24,154 nucleotides of DNA, from positions 1-24,154 of the IMG/VR virus record IMGVR_UViG_3300030397_000026; one strand, 5' to 3'. The notes under the pieces were generated by a model that did no database searches, was not told the DNA's origin, and worked only from the letters and a program-made list of their open reading frames with translations. The stretch comes from a virus. Lineage: Duplodnaviria; Caudoviricetes. Of the stretch, positions 7,233 through 16,644 are shown piece by piece. Numbering within the stretch: position 1 is the stretch's first letter; the number at the start of each line of letters is the position of its first letter. Both the position numbers and the translations under genes were made by a program.

Positions 7233-8210
7233 CTATCCCCAGCGCGCGCCTAAGTCTTCGGCCACGAGACGTTGCTTGTCCCTTGCGCTGGTTTTCTTGG
7301 ATTTCAGCTTGTTTTTGAGGTCCAACTTGGCCCTGACATCGTCAGGCATTGGATTCCTCGCCTTTGGTTTAATCGCAGGTGCTTCTTTGACCTGCTTTAC
7401 TGCCGGTGCCGATCCCGCTTTCAGAGCGTCGTACTGTGACGCTTTCCATAGCGCCAACACTTGACGGGCGTCAGGGTTGTAGTAGGACACGTTATTTATC
7501 TCTGCCTCGGTAAAGCCGAGCTTCAGAGCGTAATCACGCACCTGCTGCTGTTCTGACTCACCCCAACTGGGGACATGCGACCGCAGAATCTCAGTGCCTT
7601 TATTCAAGAGTTCCTGTCTGGATTGTTCTTGCGCCTGCTGAAATTCCTGATACTTGTTTGATAGACCGTTTTGCTTCTCGGCTATCGCTGATTCACGCCG
7701 CTTCATTTCAAGCTGCGCTACTGCAATCTGTTGTGCGTCCATCTGCGTTGCGTTCGCAGATATGTATTCTTCGTACTGCTTGACCTCTGCCTGAAGCTGC
7801 TGAATCTCCAGCATGTCTGGCTGAATGGACTCGGCAAAATCGAACCGGACCTTGATGTTGTTGTTTTGCTCAATGAGGTATTCAGCCTCTTTACGCTGAG
7901 CCGCAACGTCCTGTGTTTTCTTGGTGTAGTCCGATTGCCGCATGAGAGCGTCTGCAATCGCTTTGGGGGCCTCAATTAGCCGACCGTCCCACTCCACCTC
8001 TACGATATCTTCGGGGCTTTCCTCGGCTTCCGCCTCAACCTCTGATTCATCGCCCTCCACCTCGGGAGTGACCTCAAGGTCATCGCCTGCTGGTAGCTCT
8101 TCCTCGGCGGCCTCTACAAATTCTGTTCCGCCTTCTTCTACCTCTGCTGCTTCGGGTTCTTCACCCAAGAACAGTGCGCCCACTTCCTCATTAGTTGGTT
8201 TGTCTGACAT
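7233..8210 (-). CDS. Capsid scaffolding protein
   Basis: 325 aa: acidic N-terminus, 'MRQSDYTKKTQ' motif, coiled coil and basic C-terminus, immediately upstream of the MCP. Confidence 0.88.
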   Translation of the reverse strand: MSDKPTNEEVGALFLGEEPEAAEVEEGGTEFVEAAEEELPAGDDLEVTPEVEGDESEVEAEAEESPEDIVEVEWDGRLIEAPKAIADALMRQSDYTKKTQDVAAQRKEAEYLIEQNNNIKVRFDFAESIQPDMLEIQQLQAEVKQYEEYISANATQMDAQQIAVAQLEMKRRESAIAEKQNGLSNKYQEFQQAQEQSRQELLNKGTEILRSHVPSWGESEQQQVRDYALKLGFTEAEINNVSYYNPDARQVLALWKASQYDALKAGSAPAVKQVKEAPAIKPKARNPMPDDVRAKLDLKNKLKSKKTSARDKQRLVAEDLGARWG

Positions 8211-8472
8211 TTAACAAGTTCCTCAATATGCCTTTGCCCTGCTGCTCGGATACGTTGAAGTCCTCCACATGACCGTCTTGGATCATTGTGTGAAGGTTTT
8301 CTTCAACCTGTCTGAGTAGGTAGAGCATCTTGCGGATATCCAGCAATGCGGTGTCATCGCTTACTGGCGTTTCTTCGATCTTGTCCCGATAAAGTTCGCG
8401 TATATTTGCGAATGCTTCTTTCAGTACAGGATCATCAATAAGGGCCTGCGCCCGGTCTGCTTTAGCGGTCAC
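8191..8472 (-). CDS. Small head-module protein upstream of the scaffold
   Basis: 93 aa helical, 'RAQALIDDPVLKEAF'; usual occupant of the portal-scaffold interval in such phages. Confidence 0.7.
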   Translation of the reverse strand: MTAKADRAQALIDDPVLKEAFANIRELYRDKIEETPVSDDTALLDIRKMLYLLRQVEENLHTMIQDGHVEDFNVSEQQGKGILRNLLNVRQTN

Positions 8473-10073
8473 TAGACCCTCCGTAACCCCCTGGTTCTAT
8501 TCCTGCGCCATCCGTAATTTATGCAGTGGTCAACGATCCCCTGAGAACCGCTGTTTAGGCTCGGCGTGGACACCGTTGAGGATGACGCTATATCTGTAGA
8601 TAACAGCGCATGAATCTGACCTACCGTGGCACTGCTAACCTCGCTGGCAGACTCAATGTCATTCGCTAGAAGGTCATGCACGCCAATTGCAAGCGTCGGA
8701 GTGGATACTTCCGATGCGCTCTCAATGCTTGCGGATAACAAGCCATGAGCCTGACTAATCGACGGCGTATCAACGCTAGAAACTGACTCAATGTCAGCCG
8801 CCGCGATTGCGTGCGCTTGCGTAACTGTGGGCGTGCCAACTTCTGACGTTGACTCAATGCTGCTTGACGTTAGGGCGTGCGACTCCGTTAGGGTCGGGTT
8901 GCCAACCTCGCTCGCTGACTCAGCGTCATTCGCAAGAAGCGATTGCGCCTGACCCAGTGAGGGGTTCTCAACTTCGGCCAGACTTTCAATGTCACTCGAT
9001 AAGAGCGAGTGAGCCTGAGAAACGCTGGGGTTGGTGACCTCAGATGTACTTTGAACATCATTGGCCGTTAACGCGCTGGTCTGACTGATTGACGGGGTGC
9101 CAACCTCAGATACGCTCTGTACATCCGCCGCATTGATGCTGTGCGACTGGCCTACCGAGGGAGCACCAACCTCAGACAACGACGAGACATCTACCGATGT
9201 CAGGGCCTGAACCTGGCCCAATGTTGGTGTTGTTACCTCAGATGCCGACTCAACATCATTGGCAAGCAGGTCATCAACAGATGACGATGTATGCTCGTCA
9301 TAGTAGTCGGTATGCCAAGTGTTGCCGTTACCTGCGGATGTATCGCTTGCCCCGCCAGATGGGTTGTCGCAAGCAAAGTTGGCAATGAGTATCCCGGTGC
9401 CATTGATTGAGTTGTTGCCGCCCCAATCACCACCGCTGTAGCTTGATGGGTCTAGAACCTGCGAAGCATTTGGCTCGCGCCCATTATTGTTGCCGAAGTC
9501 CGGATTACCGGAACCATAATCAAGGGTGTAAACCCTAGTTCCACTGCGTACTGCAGTGCCGTTCAGCCAAAGGGCACAATCCCCCTCTGTGCCGCCGTAT
9601 GAGTTGTACTGGAAGCTGACACAGAACCACCCAGGCAGGTCGGCGTCGGGTATCTCCTCAATCAGGTAGTCACCTAGATCACCACCGTTATTGTGCGCCA
9701 ACGCAATCTCGACGCCCGTGGTAGTAGCCCGCAAAAACGCACCTTGAGCATTGGTGCCGCCGCCATTGTGAAACAGGCCGCGAACCGTGTTGTGCGCCAA
9801 GCCAGCCGGAATGTAAAGCAGACATGCGGCGTCATTAATCAGATCAACGTCAAACTGCCCATTGGCAGGCGGATCGTTCTGATTGTTCATCCCGTCGTAA
9901 GATTCTTGCGTCGAGATGTCGCCGGAGGCTACGGCTGTGTTATCACCGCCACCGGCAGTGTTATCGTCACCGTAATTGGTGCCGAGATTAGTACTGTTTA
10001 ACTCCCAATAGGTATGTGGGTCCCATGTAGATACAAAGTTTACCCGCCCATTGTTCGGGGTAATGGAAGCCAT
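8472..10073 (-). CDS. Putative fibre protein: ConA/LamG-like lectin domain + 11 x 22-aa repeats + Arg-rich tail
   Basis: 533 aa. 'WFCVSFQYNS...CALWLNGTAV' resembles the LamG W-x-H-V...LYxNG pattern; repeats start at about aa 267; C-terminus 'INYGWRRNRTRGLRRV'. Confidence 0.6.
   Translation of the reverse strand: MASITPNNGRVNFVSTWDPHTYWELNSTNLGTNYGDDNTAGGGDNTAVASGDISTQESYDGMNNQNDPPANGQFDVDLINDAACLLYIPAGLAHNTVRGLFHNGGGTNAQGAFLRATTTGVEIALAHNNGGDLGDYLIEEIPDADLPGWFCVSFQYNSYGGTEGDCALWLNGTAVRSGTRVYTLDYGSGNPDFGNNNGREPNASQVLDPSSYSGGDWGGNNSINGTGILIANFACDNPSGGASDTSAGNGNTWHTDYYDEHTSSSVDDLLANDVESASEVTTPTLGQVQALTSVDVSSLSEVGAPSVGQSHSINAADVQSVSEVGTPSISQTSALTANDVQSTSEVTNPSVSQAHSLLSSDIESLAEVENPSLGQAQSLLANDAESASEVGNPTLTESHALTSSSIESTSEVGTPTVTQAHAIAAADIESVSSVDTPSISQAHGLLSASIESASEVSTPTLAIGVHDLLANDIESASEVSSATVGQIHALLSTDIASSSTVSTPSLNSGSQGIVDHCINYGWRRNRTRGLRRV
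8548..9275 (-). repeat. Coding tandem repeat, 11 units of 66 bp (HxLxAxDxESxSEVxxPxxxQx)
   Basis: Counted from the translation; unit 9 is 23 aa. Confidence 0.9.
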
Positions 10074-12325
10074 CAGGCATCCTCAAGCGGTACGAACTGA
10101 CCTCCGACCTCTTTGCCCACAATCTTGCCGTTCTTGCGCACAATCTTGACTGGTGCGGTCTGCTGGGCTTTCAGCTCCTCGATAGCCTCGGCCACACTAG
10201 CAATGGACGCTTCAGCAACCGCGCGCAGTTCCCTGACCGCATCGCCCGTTTCATTAATCGCCTTGTTGCCCTGTTCAACCGGAATGTTCTTAACGTCAGC
10301 CTTGAACTTCTCAAGGTCAACTTTCACACCATTGTTGATCTGTGCCAAAGCAAGCTGCGTCTGAGACTGAAGCTCTGCCGTGTATCGCTTAACATCTGCA
10401 TCAGATTGAACCTGAGCAGCCTTGACCTGTGCGTCCAGCTCACTATCAGCCGCTTGGTTGTCAGCTTTCTTGTTCTCGATCTCAAGAGCAATCATCGTAT
10501 GGTCAGGTGGCGGCTCTTTCGGAGGCACAGTCCGAGGATCAGTGAAGAACCTCTCGCCCGGCACGTCAGCAGCCTCAGCAATCTCAAGCGCCAATTCATA
10601 AGCGTCAACAGCGTCAACAATCGGCAAGCCACCCATTAGGGCTTTCTCGTGGATTTGAGAAATCATCATCAAGCGCTGTAACAATGAATCCTTGTTACCC
10701 GCCGCATACGGAGCAACAACCTTCATATCCCTGCCCGTTCGCCACTGCGTTGGATCAACGTCAATCCACTGGCCGTTGAGTTTGATGGCCTCCATCGAGT
10801 GACCGGACTTGATAACCAGCTCATGGCAGATAGAGAACAACCGCTCCATGCCATTACCGAATATCCTTGCGATCTGTTCTACACGCTGAGAGGCCATTGT
10901 TGATAACTGACCGATAGCGTTGTGCGCGTTGGTTGAGGGCATCGCGCTTTGGTCGATACCCTGGAACATCCTGTTAACACCCACACGACTCTCAATGACA
11001 GAGTCCATATGAATCAGACCCTGTTGCGCGTGGGGGAATGTGTTTTCTGTTTGCAGGGGGAGAACATGTCCCTCGCCCGGAACACCGCCGTTCTTCAGTC
11101 GAACCAAACCACCCGGACGCGACGTGAGCATGTCATCCAAGTTGACCTTGTCCGACACCGCATGACGTGGGTTTGTTGCCAGATAAAGCGAATCCAATCC
11201 AGAGCGGAGCATCGCCGTCTTAATGCGCTGAATGTCAAAGACAAGATCAGCAACCGACATTCCGATATGACGGTGTGTATTCAGGAACGGGACAATGCAA
11301 GCAACCGGAATCCGAGAAGCAGGCTCATGCGCGATGATATCCTCACCGACACGGATAACCTTCTGTAACTCAGCGATACCGTCTTCGTCATAGTCATGAC
11401 GAATCCAGATTGTTCTTACCTTGACCTGACGCATTGACGGATCACCCGTATCAATATCGTCATCACGCGTGTTCATCAATTCATCGCGTGAGAGGTCCTC
11501 TAACGTATCGGCCATGTCATCAGAGCCAATATCGTCAGGAACATCAAAGCCCTGCTTGCGAAGGTCTGAGACCGTCAGAAGATCGTAGTACTCGAAGTAG
11601 TTGCAATCCTCATCAATCTGGAATGACGGGGTATCCTCACCCACTAAACAGCGCTCAGGGGGCAGTACCTGCAACCTAAGACTGGCCTTGGCCTTGACCC
11701 TGCGCAACTCCACGTCATAGATCACACGCGGCTGCATCATCGGTTGGCCGGTGAACGGATCAACCATAGGCTGGCCAGTCATGGGATCAATGACAGGCTC
11801 TGGGTTCTCTTCGTCCAGCCTTTCCTGCGATCCAACAATCTCAACATCATCCTGCAACAACATCGCAAGCTGCTCTTGAGATTGCCCCTCATACCGCTCT
11901 ACTTCAGGACTAAGGGTTTCATCCATGAACGCCATGCAATAAGCGTTTTTGGTTACTAGCGCGTCCTGAAACCACTCCATGCACGTTAGAAACCAATCGG
12001 TCTTGCACGTCACCAAGTAGTTGAGAACATCGCTCTCCTGCTTGGCCACATCCTCATCTTCCGGGCCAGTGGGATTGAACTCCACCACATTGGCACCACT
12101 GGCAAAGATGCGAATCAGTGAGGGCAGAATCCATTGCACCGTTTCAAATACAGAACGGTCCTGAACCTCTGAGCGCCCCTCAGGTGCCTGGTCAATGACC
12201 TTGTCCTGATAGGCATCCAGAGCCAATGAGCGTTGACGTGACAGCTCATCGCCTGATGTATAAGCACCCAGCGCACGCTCAGAGTAAGCGTCTATCGCGC
12301 CCTTTAAAGCCACCATATCGGGCAT
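10073..12325 (-). CDS. Portal protein (P22-like, long coiled-coil C-terminus)
   Basis: 750 aa with 'GRSEVQDRSVFETVQWILPSLIRIF', 'GMSVADLVFDIQRIKTAMLR', 'RPGGLVR', and a Q/A-rich barrel region. Confidence 0.92.
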   Translation of the reverse strand: MPDMVALKGAIDAYSERALGAYTSGDELSRQRSLALDAYQDKVIDQAPEGRSEVQDRSVFETVQWILPSLIRIFASGANVVEFNPTGPEDEDVAKQESDVLNYLVTCKTDWFLTCMEWFQDALVTKNAYCMAFMDETLSPEVERYEGQSQEQLAMLLQDDVEIVGSQERLDEENPEPVIDPMTGQPMVDPFTGQPMMQPRVIYDVELRRVKAKASLRLQVLPPERCLVGEDTPSFQIDEDCNYFEYYDLLTVSDLRKQGFDVPDDIGSDDMADTLEDLSRDELMNTRDDDIDTGDPSMRQVKVRTIWIRHDYDEDGIAELQKVIRVGEDIIAHEPASRIPVACIVPFLNTHRHIGMSVADLVFDIQRIKTAMLRSGLDSLYLATNPRHAVSDKVNLDDMLTSRPGGLVRLKNGGVPGEGHVLPLQTENTFPHAQQGLIHMDSVIESRVGVNRMFQGIDQSAMPSTNAHNAIGQLSTMASQRVEQIARIFGNGMERLFSICHELVIKSGHSMEAIKLNGQWIDVDPTQWRTGRDMKVVAPYAAGNKDSLLQRLMMISQIHEKALMGGLPIVDAVDAYELALEIAEAADVPGERFFTDPRTVPPKEPPPDHTMIALEIENKKADNQAADSELDAQVKAAQVQSDADVKRYTAELQSQTQLALAQINNGVKVDLEKFKADVKNIPVEQGNKAINETGDAVRELRAVAEASIASVAEAIEELKAQQTAPVKIVRKNGKIVGKEVGGQFVPLEDA

Positions 12326-12744
12326 TAGATCAATCCCCTGCCGGTGAGCTTCGGACGATTCTTCGCGATCTCACGTTTGCGCTTCTCTTGCTCCATAGCA
12401 AGCAGGGTCGATGTGTTATCCGGTGTCTGCTGCTGGCCACCCAATAACCCAGAGGGATCACCACCAAAGTAATTCGCCGTGTATAGTTTCGCTATTCCCT
12501 CGGCCACCGCGTGAGCATTACGAGCGTCACCACTATCAACACCCTGCTCTGCTGCTGCGTTCCAGGTGGAATCAGTGGGGCCGCCCCACATATTCACCAA
12601 GGGTTCGTAGTCCTTGCCCAGCAAACCGCCCCACAACTGAGCACCAACCGGTGTGGCCGCACCCAATAACATCTGCTCGGGGTTGTCCTTGATCTGGTCC
12701 CACCATCGACCTAGCTGGAACCTTTCGAAGTCAAGCGCACTCAT
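12325..12744 (-). CDS. Hypothetical protein between terL and portal, possibly an internal virion protein
   Basis: 139 aa, G/A-rich, translationally coupled to both neighbours (ATGA and TAATG). Confidence 0.65.
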   Translation of the reverse strand: MSALDFERFQLGRWWDQIKDNPEQMLLGAATPVGAQLWGGLLGKDYEPLVNMWGGPTDSTWNAAAEQGVDSGDARNAHAVAEGIAKLYTANYFGGDPSGLLGGQQQTPDNTSTLLAMEQEKRKREIAKNRPKLTGRGLI

Positions 12745-14048
12745 ACGATGCCCGTATTGCTGTAGTTAATCGGTGTCATATCGTCCGTGTCGTTGTTTAG
12801 CTGCTTCTCAATCACCGCGATGTAACGAAACATATCCGCCCCGTGGGTGTTCTCGTCCTTCTTCGGGGCCATCGGTGTATCGGTAGTCGGTGAGATCACA
12901 CGTGCATACCGCCTCAGTCTGTTAAAGAGCGGTGTGCAATTTGTCTTATCGAAGTACACCCGTGGGAACATCTGGCGTGCGGCCTCAATGCCTGCCTTCA
13001 CGCCTATGTCGGGAATACCGTTGTAATCTGTGTCTAAGCCAAGCTGATTCAGTAGCTCAATGGGAGACTTACCCGTTTGCGGGTTCTTGGCCTTACCGTC
13101 GTGAGGCAGCCATGCCAGCTTGTACTTGTGTGCGTAGGGCTTGGCCTTCAGTTCCTCTACGTATGATTCATATGTGCGGTGACTGTCCTCGATATAGTCA
13201 ATGATTCGGACACCACCAGCCGATACCTGAACCACACCAATGGCCATCAGGTCGTTCCAACCTAGGTCCCAGATAGTGTGAACGGCCAACGTAGGATCGA
13301 ACGGCACCTCACAAAGCCTGCCGTTCTTGAGCGTTGCGGCCACCTCATCGGGGTAGATCGCACCATCAACAGCGGGCTTGCACTTGCCTTCCCATATCCA
13401 GTCATACTCGTATTGACGGCGTTTACCCTGCTCGACCTGCCTCAAGAATGATTGGCGCTCTCGTTCCAACACCTCGGGAAACCACGGGTTGTTGTGGTAC
13501 GAGCAATCCAGAATCAGTGTGTCATCATCAGGTTGCTCTATGTACCGCACCCATATTTCGTCTGTGTCCAGCTCGGGATTGAGCGTGAACATCAACTCGG
13601 ACCCATCCTTGCGGAATGTCGGCGTCAGTATGTCCAGGGAGCGGCGCGAGAACGTGTGCGATTCCTCACCCCAGAATCGGTCATAGCCCTCATAACTCTT
13701 GATAGAGTCTGTCGTGAGCTGCGATATACCTGCGTAAGCGAACCGGGTGCCGTTCTTGCCTCTAATCTCGGTCGAATAGATGTCGTAGAAGTCACCTAAG
13801 CCCAGCAACTCAATCTGATCGCACAAGAGCTGATGCACAGACTCCTTGATTGACTTTTGAATCTCACGGCCGCAAAGGACTCTAAGGGGGCGCTGGTATC
13901 CATCTATCAGGTGATACCTTGCTGCGGTCCATGACTTAACACCACCACGGCCACCCTTAAGTATCTTGATTCGATATGGCTCCCAAACCTCCTGTACGTG
14001 ATCGGCAAACTCCCAATCAATCTCGTTTGGATTTGACAAATCTAACAA
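12741..14048 (-). CDS. terL: Terminase large subunit (PBSX / Terminase_3-like)
   Basis: Walker A 'GGRGGVKS', 'REIQKSIKESVH', Walker B 'FWGEE', 'TLNP', nuclease 'WDLG' and 'HGADMFRY'. Confidence 0.95.
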   Translation of the reverse strand: MLDLSNPNEIDWEFADHVQEVWEPYRIKILKGGRGGVKSWTAARYHLIDGYQRPLRVLCGREIQKSIKESVHQLLCDQIELLGLGDFYDIYSTEIRGKNGTRFAYAGISQLTTDSIKSYEGYDRFWGEESHTFSRRSLDILTPTFRKDGSELMFTLNPELDTDEIWVRYIEQPDDDTLILDCSYHNNPWFPEVLERERQSFLRQVEQGKRRQYEYDWIWEGKCKPAVDGAIYPDEVAATLKNGRLCEVPFDPTLAVHTIWDLGWNDLMAIGVVQVSAGGVRIIDYIEDSHRTYESYVEELKAKPYAHKYKLAWLPHDGKAKNPQTGKSPIELLNQLGLDTDYNGIPDIGVKAGIEAARQMFPRVYFDKTNCTPLFNRLRRYARVISPTTDTPMAPKKDENTHGADMFRYIAVIEKQLNNDTDDMTPINYSNTGIV

Positions 14049-14301
14049 CGCCGTTCACAGGGATGCTGTCACCATCAGGGCCGCTCAACTCAAGCAGCTT
14101 CGGCATCAGCTTCCCAATTGCCCCCACGTATACGTCAGGACGTTCCTCACGTAGCCTGACAATGGTTTCAACACCATTTGATTCAAAGTCATCCGCTAAT
14201 GCAGCTAAGTACGCTTCTGAGAGCTTTGTGCGGCTACCCTTCGGTCTTCCCGGTCCTCCTGGGTTGCCGGGAAGGAAGCGTCCACTTTCGTCTCTTGACA
14301 C
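14017..14301 (-). CDS. terS: Terminase small subunit
   Basis: 94 aa with 'GRFLPGNPGGPGRPKGSR' and 'ELSGPDGDSI'; overlaps the terL start; GGAGGT SD. Confidence 0.8.
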   Translation of the reverse strand: MSRDESGRFLPGNPGGPGRPKGSRTKLSEAYLAALADDFESNGVETIVRLREERPDVYVGAIGKLMPKLLELSGPDGDSIPVNGVVRFVKSKRD

Positions 14302-14390
14302 GCTTTACCTCCGTTAAATATCCGATCCCAGTTGTCCCCAAATATCTTTGGATCGGTGTCTATAGGTCTGCGGTTACTGCCTTTACCCAT
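14205..14390 (-). CDS. Small phage protein of the 'MGKGS-x-x-RP...NWDRIF' type
   Basis: ATG directly follows the upstream stop; the first ~27 aa match a motif I recognise from uncultured phages; the 3' part overlaps terS. Confidence 0.55.
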   Translation of the reverse strand: MGKGSNRRPIDTDPKIFGDNWDRIFNGGKACQETKVDASFPATQEDREDRRVAAQSSQKRT

Positions 14391-15575
14391 CTACATAAGT
14401 AAGGCGATTAACGCCTCTTCCTCTTCTTCGTGAATCTTGCGCGTGATTAGCTGTGCTATCTCTGTGTCACGACGCTTGGATTTCGCAGCCTGCACATAAG
14501 CGCGATTGATTGTCTTCTGTGTTTGTTTGACCGCTTGGGCAAGTGGCTTCGATGTGGATGTCTTGCCCTTTGCTGTCCTGATGCTGACCCGAGGAGGTTT
14601 CGGGGTTACAGATGTCTGAACCTCCTGCTCTGCTGATTCCTCTGCCAGATCACGTAACTGCTGGAGAACCCTTTGGGCCTCCTGCACACTCGCAACCTCA
14701 AAGAACTCGCCCTCAACCTCTACGACATATCGCTTACGTTTGCCCCTGCCGGACTTGCGGGATTCGGCACCCACGCCATTGAGGTTTACCGTGGATACCT
14801 CTGAGAGGCTCTGAATGTCGTTAGCTAGCAGTGCATGGGCCTGGCCCACGCTCGGCGTACCAACCTCACTTGCCGATTCAATGTCTTCAGCAAGTAGCGC
14901 GTGCTCACCCTCTGTGAGAACAGGGGTTGATACTTCTGAGGCGCTCTCAACATCAGCCGCCAGCAGGCCATGAACCTGCGTGACTGACGGGTTACCTACC
15001 TCAGACGTACTCTCAACACTCGCGGAGCTAAGGCTATGGCCCTGACCCACTGACGGGACAGTGACCTCACTCGCGGACTCAATATCACTTGCGTTGAGCG
15101 TGTGCGATTCCGATAGTGTCGGATTGCCCACCTCAGACGTAGAGCTGATGTCTGAAGCAAGAAGGCCATGCGCCTGAGTAACGGCAGGATTGCCAACCTC
15201 AGATGCGCTCTCCGCATCATTGGCCAGAATCCCGTGGACCTGACCGACAGTCGGAGTAGTAACTTCACTAGCAGACTCAATGTCAGCCGCATTTAGCGAG
15301 TGTGATTCGGATAATGCGGGATTGGTTACCTCAGATGTGGACTGGACATCTGTTGCATTTAAGCCGTGAACCTGACCCGGTGTCGGATTAGAGACCTCAG
15401 AGGTGCTCTGTATGTCCGTCGCTGATAACGAATGCGCTTGTGATACAGAGGGGTTGGTTACTTCGGACGCTGATTCAACATCGTTGGCCAGAAGAGCATG
15501 AGTGCCCTGCGCCCCGAATACCGCCTTACGTCTTAGGTAATATCGCCTCCATATAGGTGGTCGAAATACCGACAT
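14391..15575 (-). CDS. Putative fibre scaffold: Arg/aromatic N-tail + 11 x 22-aa repeats + helical C-domain
   Basis: 394 aa: 'MSVFRPPIWRRYYLRRK', repeats aa 26-267, C-terminus 'EEEEEALIALLM'. Confidence 0.65.
   Translation of the reverse strand: MSVFRPPIWRRYYLRRKAVFGAQGTHALLANDVESASEVTNPSVSQAHSLSATDIQSTSEVSNPTPGQVHGLNATDVQSTSEVTNPALSESHSLNAADIESASEVTTPTVGQVHGILANDAESASEVGNPAVTQAHGLLASDISSTSEVGNPTLSESHTLNASDIESASEVTVPSVGQGHSLSSASVESTSEVGNPSVTQVHGLLAADVESASEVSTPVLTEGEHALLAEDIESASEVGTPSVGQAHALLANDIQSLSEVSTVNLNGVGAESRKSGRGKRKRYVVEVEGEFFEVASVQEAQRVLQQLRDLAEESAEQEVQTSVTPKPPRVSIRTAKGKTSTSKPLAQAVKQTQKTINRAYVQAAKSKRRDTEIAQLITRKIHEEEEEALIALLM
14775..15500 (-). repeat. Coding tandem repeat, 11 units of 66 bp, paralogous to 8548-9275
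   Basis: HALLANDVESASEVTNPSVSQA-type units; unit 9 is 23 aa. Confidence 0.9.
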
Positions 15576-15581
15576 ATGTCA

Positions 15582-15947
15582 TTACGTCGCGTCGCGAATC
15601 GTCAAGTTAATTGCATCAAGGCTAAAAGTGTTACCGCTCGTTACCGCTTGCGAGGCGCTCAGGTCACCAGTAGCAACAAGAATAGACGCGCCATCTGTTA
15701 GCGCCCAGTCTGCTGCCGTACCCGTACCCGTGACCGATCCTGCCGAAATAGCGGGAACAATCACGCGCCGCCCATCGACCGCACCGTTCTGCGTTGCACC
15801 AGTATTCACCGTGTCGTTACCCAGCGTGTACGTGCTCGTTGCTTCCGTGTACGTGGTCGCCTCTTGCGACGTAATGTCAATACGCGTGCCGTTGGTGTCT
15901 GCGTAATCAAGGCCCTGGTCATAGACCTCATCATTCAAAAATGCCAT
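15582..15947 (-). CDS. Small beta-rich fibre subunit (gp80-like decoration of a repeat scaffold)
   Basis: 121 aa T/G/A-rich, ending 'GTGTAADWALTD...LVATGDLSASQAVTSGNTFSLDAINLTI', the pattern of small fibre subunits encoded beside repeat proteins. Confidence 0.65.
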   Translation of the reverse strand: MAFLNDEVYDQGLDYADTNGTRIDITSQEATTYTEATSTYTLGNDTVNTGATQNGAVDGRRVIVPAISAGSVTGTGTAADWALTDGASILVATGDLSASQAVTSGNTFSLDAINLTIRDAT

Positions 15948-15949
15948 TT

Positions 15950-16123
15950 CTAACCCCCCAGTGATTCCGCTTCGGCAACAGCATCTGATTCCTCGTCGTG
16001 TTCACCCACGATCTGAAAAATGCCGTCATCGTCTGTCTTGTAAACACGCCACTTACCGCCGAACTTCGGGTGCTGCTGTTCAACCCGAACCGTGTCACCA
16101 AAAAACTTTTGAAGATTTGCCAT
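15950..16123 (-). CDS. Hypothetical protein, 57 aa
   Basis: Below cutoff: MANLQKFFGDTVRVEQQHPKFGGKWRVYKTDDDGIFQIVGEHDEESDAVAEAESLGG*; fills the gap and ends 2 nt before the next ATG. Confidence 0.65.
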   Translation of the reverse strand: MANLQKFFGDTVRVEQQHPKFGGKWRVYKTDDDGIFQIVGEHDEESDAVAEAESLGG

Positions 16124-16139
16124 CGTTTTTCCCGTTCAC

Positions 16140-16162
16140 AAAAAAGCCCGCACAAGGCGGGC
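16140..16162 (-). terminator. Rho-independent terminator inside the late operon
   Basis: Minus strand GCCCGC-CTTGT-GCGGGC-TTTTTT. Confidence 0.75.
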
Positions 16163-16186
16163 CAATAGTCTGATTGTCTTGACCGG

Positions 16187-16642
16187 CTATCCGCCGATCT
16201 CCTCGAAGTACATAGTTCCGCTCATCGTCAATGCGTCAGCCGGGGCCGATACAAGATTCACGGTTATTACATTTCCCACCTCGACAATCGGACGAAGCTC
16301 AGGAGGCGGTAAGTAAACAAAGGGCATTGCAATATTCCATGCTTCAGCGTGAAGCGTCGCTGCCCCGGTAGTTAATGCGGTTGTGTCATTAACGTTCAGG
16401 TCTGCATTGGCCGCCGCATCGCCAGAATCCATTTGCGCCTCTGCGGTTACGTTCGTTAGCGCATCCGTAACACGACGCAAACGAACCGTTAGGTTTTCTG
16501 CGGCTGCATCACCAACGTCAGAGTTTTGACTCAGGTAAACGGCGTGGATGATCGCCGGAACTGTGTTGGCCTCAATCTGAAAAAGGTCCTGGGCCGCCGA
16601 TACCGCAACGTCTGTGAATGAAACCGAATAAATACGTCCCAT
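16187..16642 (-). CDS. Putative virion structural protein (beta-sandwich)
   Basis: 151 aa, A/T/V-rich, 'MGRIYSVSF...AQDLFQI...YLPPPELRP...SGTMYFEEIG'. Confidence 0.55.
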   Translation of the reverse strand: MGRIYSVSFTDVAVSAAQDLFQIEANTVPAIIHAVYLSQNSDVGDAAAENLTVRLRRVTDALTNVTAEAQMDSGDAAANADLNVNDTTALTTGAATLHAEAWNIAMPFVYLPPPELRPIVEVGNVITVNLVSAPADALTMSGTMYFEEIGG

Positions 16643-16644
16643 AA

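Noticed and set aside
8548-15500. 66-bp periodic repeats as a CRISPR array or a DGR template/variable repeat pair
   Set aside because: Units are degenerate in-frame coding repeats without unique spacers; differences between the two arrays are not adenine-specific; no cas or reverse transcriptase gene is in the window.
15931-16155. 74-aa minus ORF MCGLFCER...
   Set aside because: It starts inside a terminator; the 57-aa ATG frame 15950-16123 fits better.
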